From positions 51,099-115,098 of the forward strand of contig JAJUJA010000001.1 of the NCBI GenBank assembly GCA_029267355.1: a stretch of DNA of 64,000 nucleotides, given 5' to 3'. The notes under the pieces were generated by a model. That model was not told where the DNA came from, did not search any database, and saw only the letters and a list, made by a program, of their open reading frames with translations. The position numbers were made by a program, and so were the translations under genes. The stretch's first letter is position 1; every line of letters starts with the position of its first letter. Source of the stretch: Elusimicrobiota bacterium (GTDB lineage: Bacteria > Elusimicrobiota > Elusimicrobia > Elusimicrobiales > UBA9959). Positions 62,206 to 64,000 of the stretch are shown here, in pieces.

Positions 62206-63685
62206 TTACCGTCTCCTTTTTAAGACCGGAAGAGTTTTCTTCCAAATATTTCTGCAGCGTTTTGGACACATTTTTTGCGTCCTTGGCCATTATTAAGGAC
62301 ATTTCCTTCACCGGATCGCTTGAGGCCGCCTTGGCGCTTTCAATATTTTGCGCCTTTGCCTCAGGTTTTGCCGGCGCAGTCCCGGGAAGGCTTGGTGAAT
62401 TTGAAACTATGACCGGCTCCTGCGCCGCAGTTTTTGAAGACAAATTTTTAGATATGAAGAATAAACCGAGACTAAATATCAGGGAAGCTCCGAGAAGGCT
62501 TGAGTATTTTATGATGTCTCTTACCATGTTTTTCCTTTCCAGCTCTTTTTTCCATGCCATCAGCTCTTCCTTGTTTTCGGCAATATCCTTATCCTGCGGT
62601 TTTACAAATTCAAAATAATTTATCTTGACATTATCACCCCTGCTCTCATCTATTCCTGCGCTTGCCGCGACCAGTTCCTTCAGTGCCGGCAAATCCGATT
62701 CCTTGACTTCCTTGCTTACAGCCACAGATACAGATATCTTCTTTATACCGCCGGTTTTTTTGACATATTTCTCGACTGTTTTGTCCGTCTGATACTTCAT
62801 ATCGCTGGAGTTTTTTTTGCTTTTTGAATCCCCCTTGCTTTCTTCCTCGCTTGTAGATGAGGCGCTTGTCAGAACAGTTTGCGGATTGTATATTTCCTTG
62901 ACGCTCTCAACTCTGTCCATATCCAGGATTACATCACTGGTAACGACAGTTTTTCCCTGTCCGTATATTTTGTCGAGAACATTCTGTATCTTGAAGTTAA
63001 GCTTCTTTTCCGCCTCATTTTTAAATTCATTCATTTCCGATGAATCATACTCGTCTCCGGCAACTTTTATAAGCCTTCCGTCCTTGTCTGTTATGGAGAC
63101 ATTTTCCGGTTTGAGGCCTTCAACCGCCCCTGAAACCAGGTATATTATTCCCCTTATTTTGGAATCATCAAGCTTGTATCCGTTTGCTGTTCTCACAACG
63201 ACTGAAGCCGAAGCGGCCTCGCTTTTTCCCACGAACATATTCGGCTCCGGTATGGCCAGATGAACTCTCGCCCCCAGAACTCCTTCTATTGAGTTTATGC
63301 TTCTGGAAAGCTCGCCCTCAAGAGCTCTTCTGTAATTCACCTTTTCCGAAAATCCTGAAAGCCCGAACCTGTTTTTGTCGAATATTTCAAAGCCTATGCC
63401 TGACTGTGAAGGCAGCCCATCAGAGGCCAGCTGCAGCCTTATTTCGGCGACTTTTTCAGAAGCTACCAGAATAGAACCGTTAGACTCTATTTTGTAGGGA
63501 ATTTTATTTTCCTTCAATTTATCCACTATTTTTCCGGCATCGCTTTGATTGAGATTGTAGTAAAGAGGCTCCATATCAGAAGAATTCATAAAGTAAAAGC
63601 TGAAAACAGCTCCGCCGGACAAAGCTGCGGCCATAAAAAAAGCCATTATTATCTTCGGGTTTTTTAAAAATGAAAGGGAATTCAT
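62198..63685 (-). CDS. fliF: Flagellar MS-ring protein FliF
   Basis: N-terminal TM helix, ALEGELSRSINSIEGVLGARVHLAIPE, a second TM helix, and a C-terminal FliG-binding tail. Confidence 0.95.
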   Translation of the reverse strand: MNSLSFLKNPKIIMAFFMAAALSGGAVFSFYFMNSSDMEPLYYNLNQSDAGKIVDKLKENKIPYKIESNGSILVASEKVAEIRLQLASDGLPSQSGIGFEIFDKNRFGLSGFSEKVNYRRALEGELSRSINSIEGVLGARVHLAIPEPNMFVGKSEAASASVVVRTANGYKLDDSKIRGIIYLVSGAVEGLKPENVSITDKDGRLIKVAGDEYDSSEMNEFKNEAEKKLNFKIQNVLDKIYGQGKTVVTSDVILDMDRVESVKEIYNPQTVLTSASSTSEEESKGDSKSKKNSSDMKYQTDKTVEKYVKKTGGIKKISVSVAVSKEVKESDLPALKELVAASAGIDESRGDNVKINYFEFVKPQDKDIAENKEELMAWKKELERKNMVRDIIKYSSLLGASLIFSLGLFFISKNLSSKTAAQEPVIVSNSPSLPGTAPAKPEAKAQNIESAKAASSDPVKEMSLIMAKDAKNVSKTLQKYLEENSSGLKKETVNA

Positions 63686-63990
63686 TAACCTGCCGTCCTT
63701 ATCAGCTCATTATAAGAGTCTAAAACCTTGTTTCTCACCTCGGCAAGAAGCTGAACTGAAAGCCTGGCCTCTTCAGCGCTTATCATAACTTTGTGGACCG
63801 GAATATCACTTTCCCCCTTCGCATACATATAGGCGGTCTGATCGGCAATGTCTATTTTTTCCTGGGCCTTATCCAGCAGATATGAAAAAGGCTCCTTTGC
63901 ACCGCGGAGTCCGTCAATTGACCGCTCATTTTTCACGGACAAATCTGGATATGGGGATTGTAAAAATAATTTTTCCTTTATTCCTTCCAT
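63685..63990 (-). CDS. fliE: Flagellar hook-basal body protein FliE
   Basis: A 101-aa protein with MISAEEARLSVQLLAEVRNKVLDSYNELIR. It lies upstream of fliF. Confidence 0.85.
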   Translation of the reverse strand: MEGIKEKLFLQSPYPDLSVKNERSIDGLRGAKEPFSYLLDKAQEKIDIADQTAYMYAKGESDIPVHKVMISAEEARLSVQLLAEVRNKVLDSYNELIRTAG

Positions 63991-64000
63991 ATTATCTTCC

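Noticed and set aside
1-64000. A search by eye for CRISPR arrays, tRNA/rRNA genes, integrases, transposases, phage genes, toxin-antitoxin pairs and known defence-system signatures.
   Set aside because: None were found. Coding density is high, every intergenic region longer than 100 nt was read, and these regions contain only promoter, terminator or operator-like elements.

Overview
This 64-kb window is from a moderately AT-rich bacterium that appears to be diderm, since it encodes TolC, an RND pump, a porin-like barrel and many signal-peptide proteins. I cannot assign the taxon from sequence alone. I found no rRNA, tRNA, CRISPR array, transposase or integrase. The window falls into three blocks. 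(1) 1-21.3 kb is an envelope and secretome accessory region. It holds pseudopilin genes, a radical-SAM/SPASM + PqqD + HprK-like kinase + S24/S26-like peptidase cassette with no visible substrate gene, three clostripain-family (C11) peptidase paralogs, a subtilisin, a TPR-SpoIID gene followed by an ECF sigma/anti-sigma/Spy-like module, and a GT2 synthase. (2) 21.6-28.8 kb holds a TolC-like + RND efflux pair without a periplasmic adaptor gene, a co-transcribed 61-aa Cys-rich peptide, a DUF2892 protein, and a hybrid histidine kinase with a response regulator. (3) 28.7-64 kb is one minus-strand flagellar and chemotaxis supercluster: fliE-F-G-H-I-J-K, flgD-E, pilZ, fliA, then the che genes, then motAB, flhA, flhF, fliM, fliN, fliO/P, fliQ, fliR, flhB. 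This cluster is interrupted by a glycosyl/methyl-transferase island, by two sigma-28-type promoters, and by a porin gene plus a five-repeat protein gene. The most interesting items are the orphan peptide-maturation cassette, a two-member family of five-repeat secreted proteins, the Cys-rich precursor-like peptide behind the RND pump, the C11 protease operons with a shared upstream motif, and several atypical flagellar components (a FliO-FliP fusion, a FliM without the CheY-docking N-terminus, and a degenerate FlhF without FlhG). All functional calls rest on motifs read by eye from the ORF translations. No database search was run.
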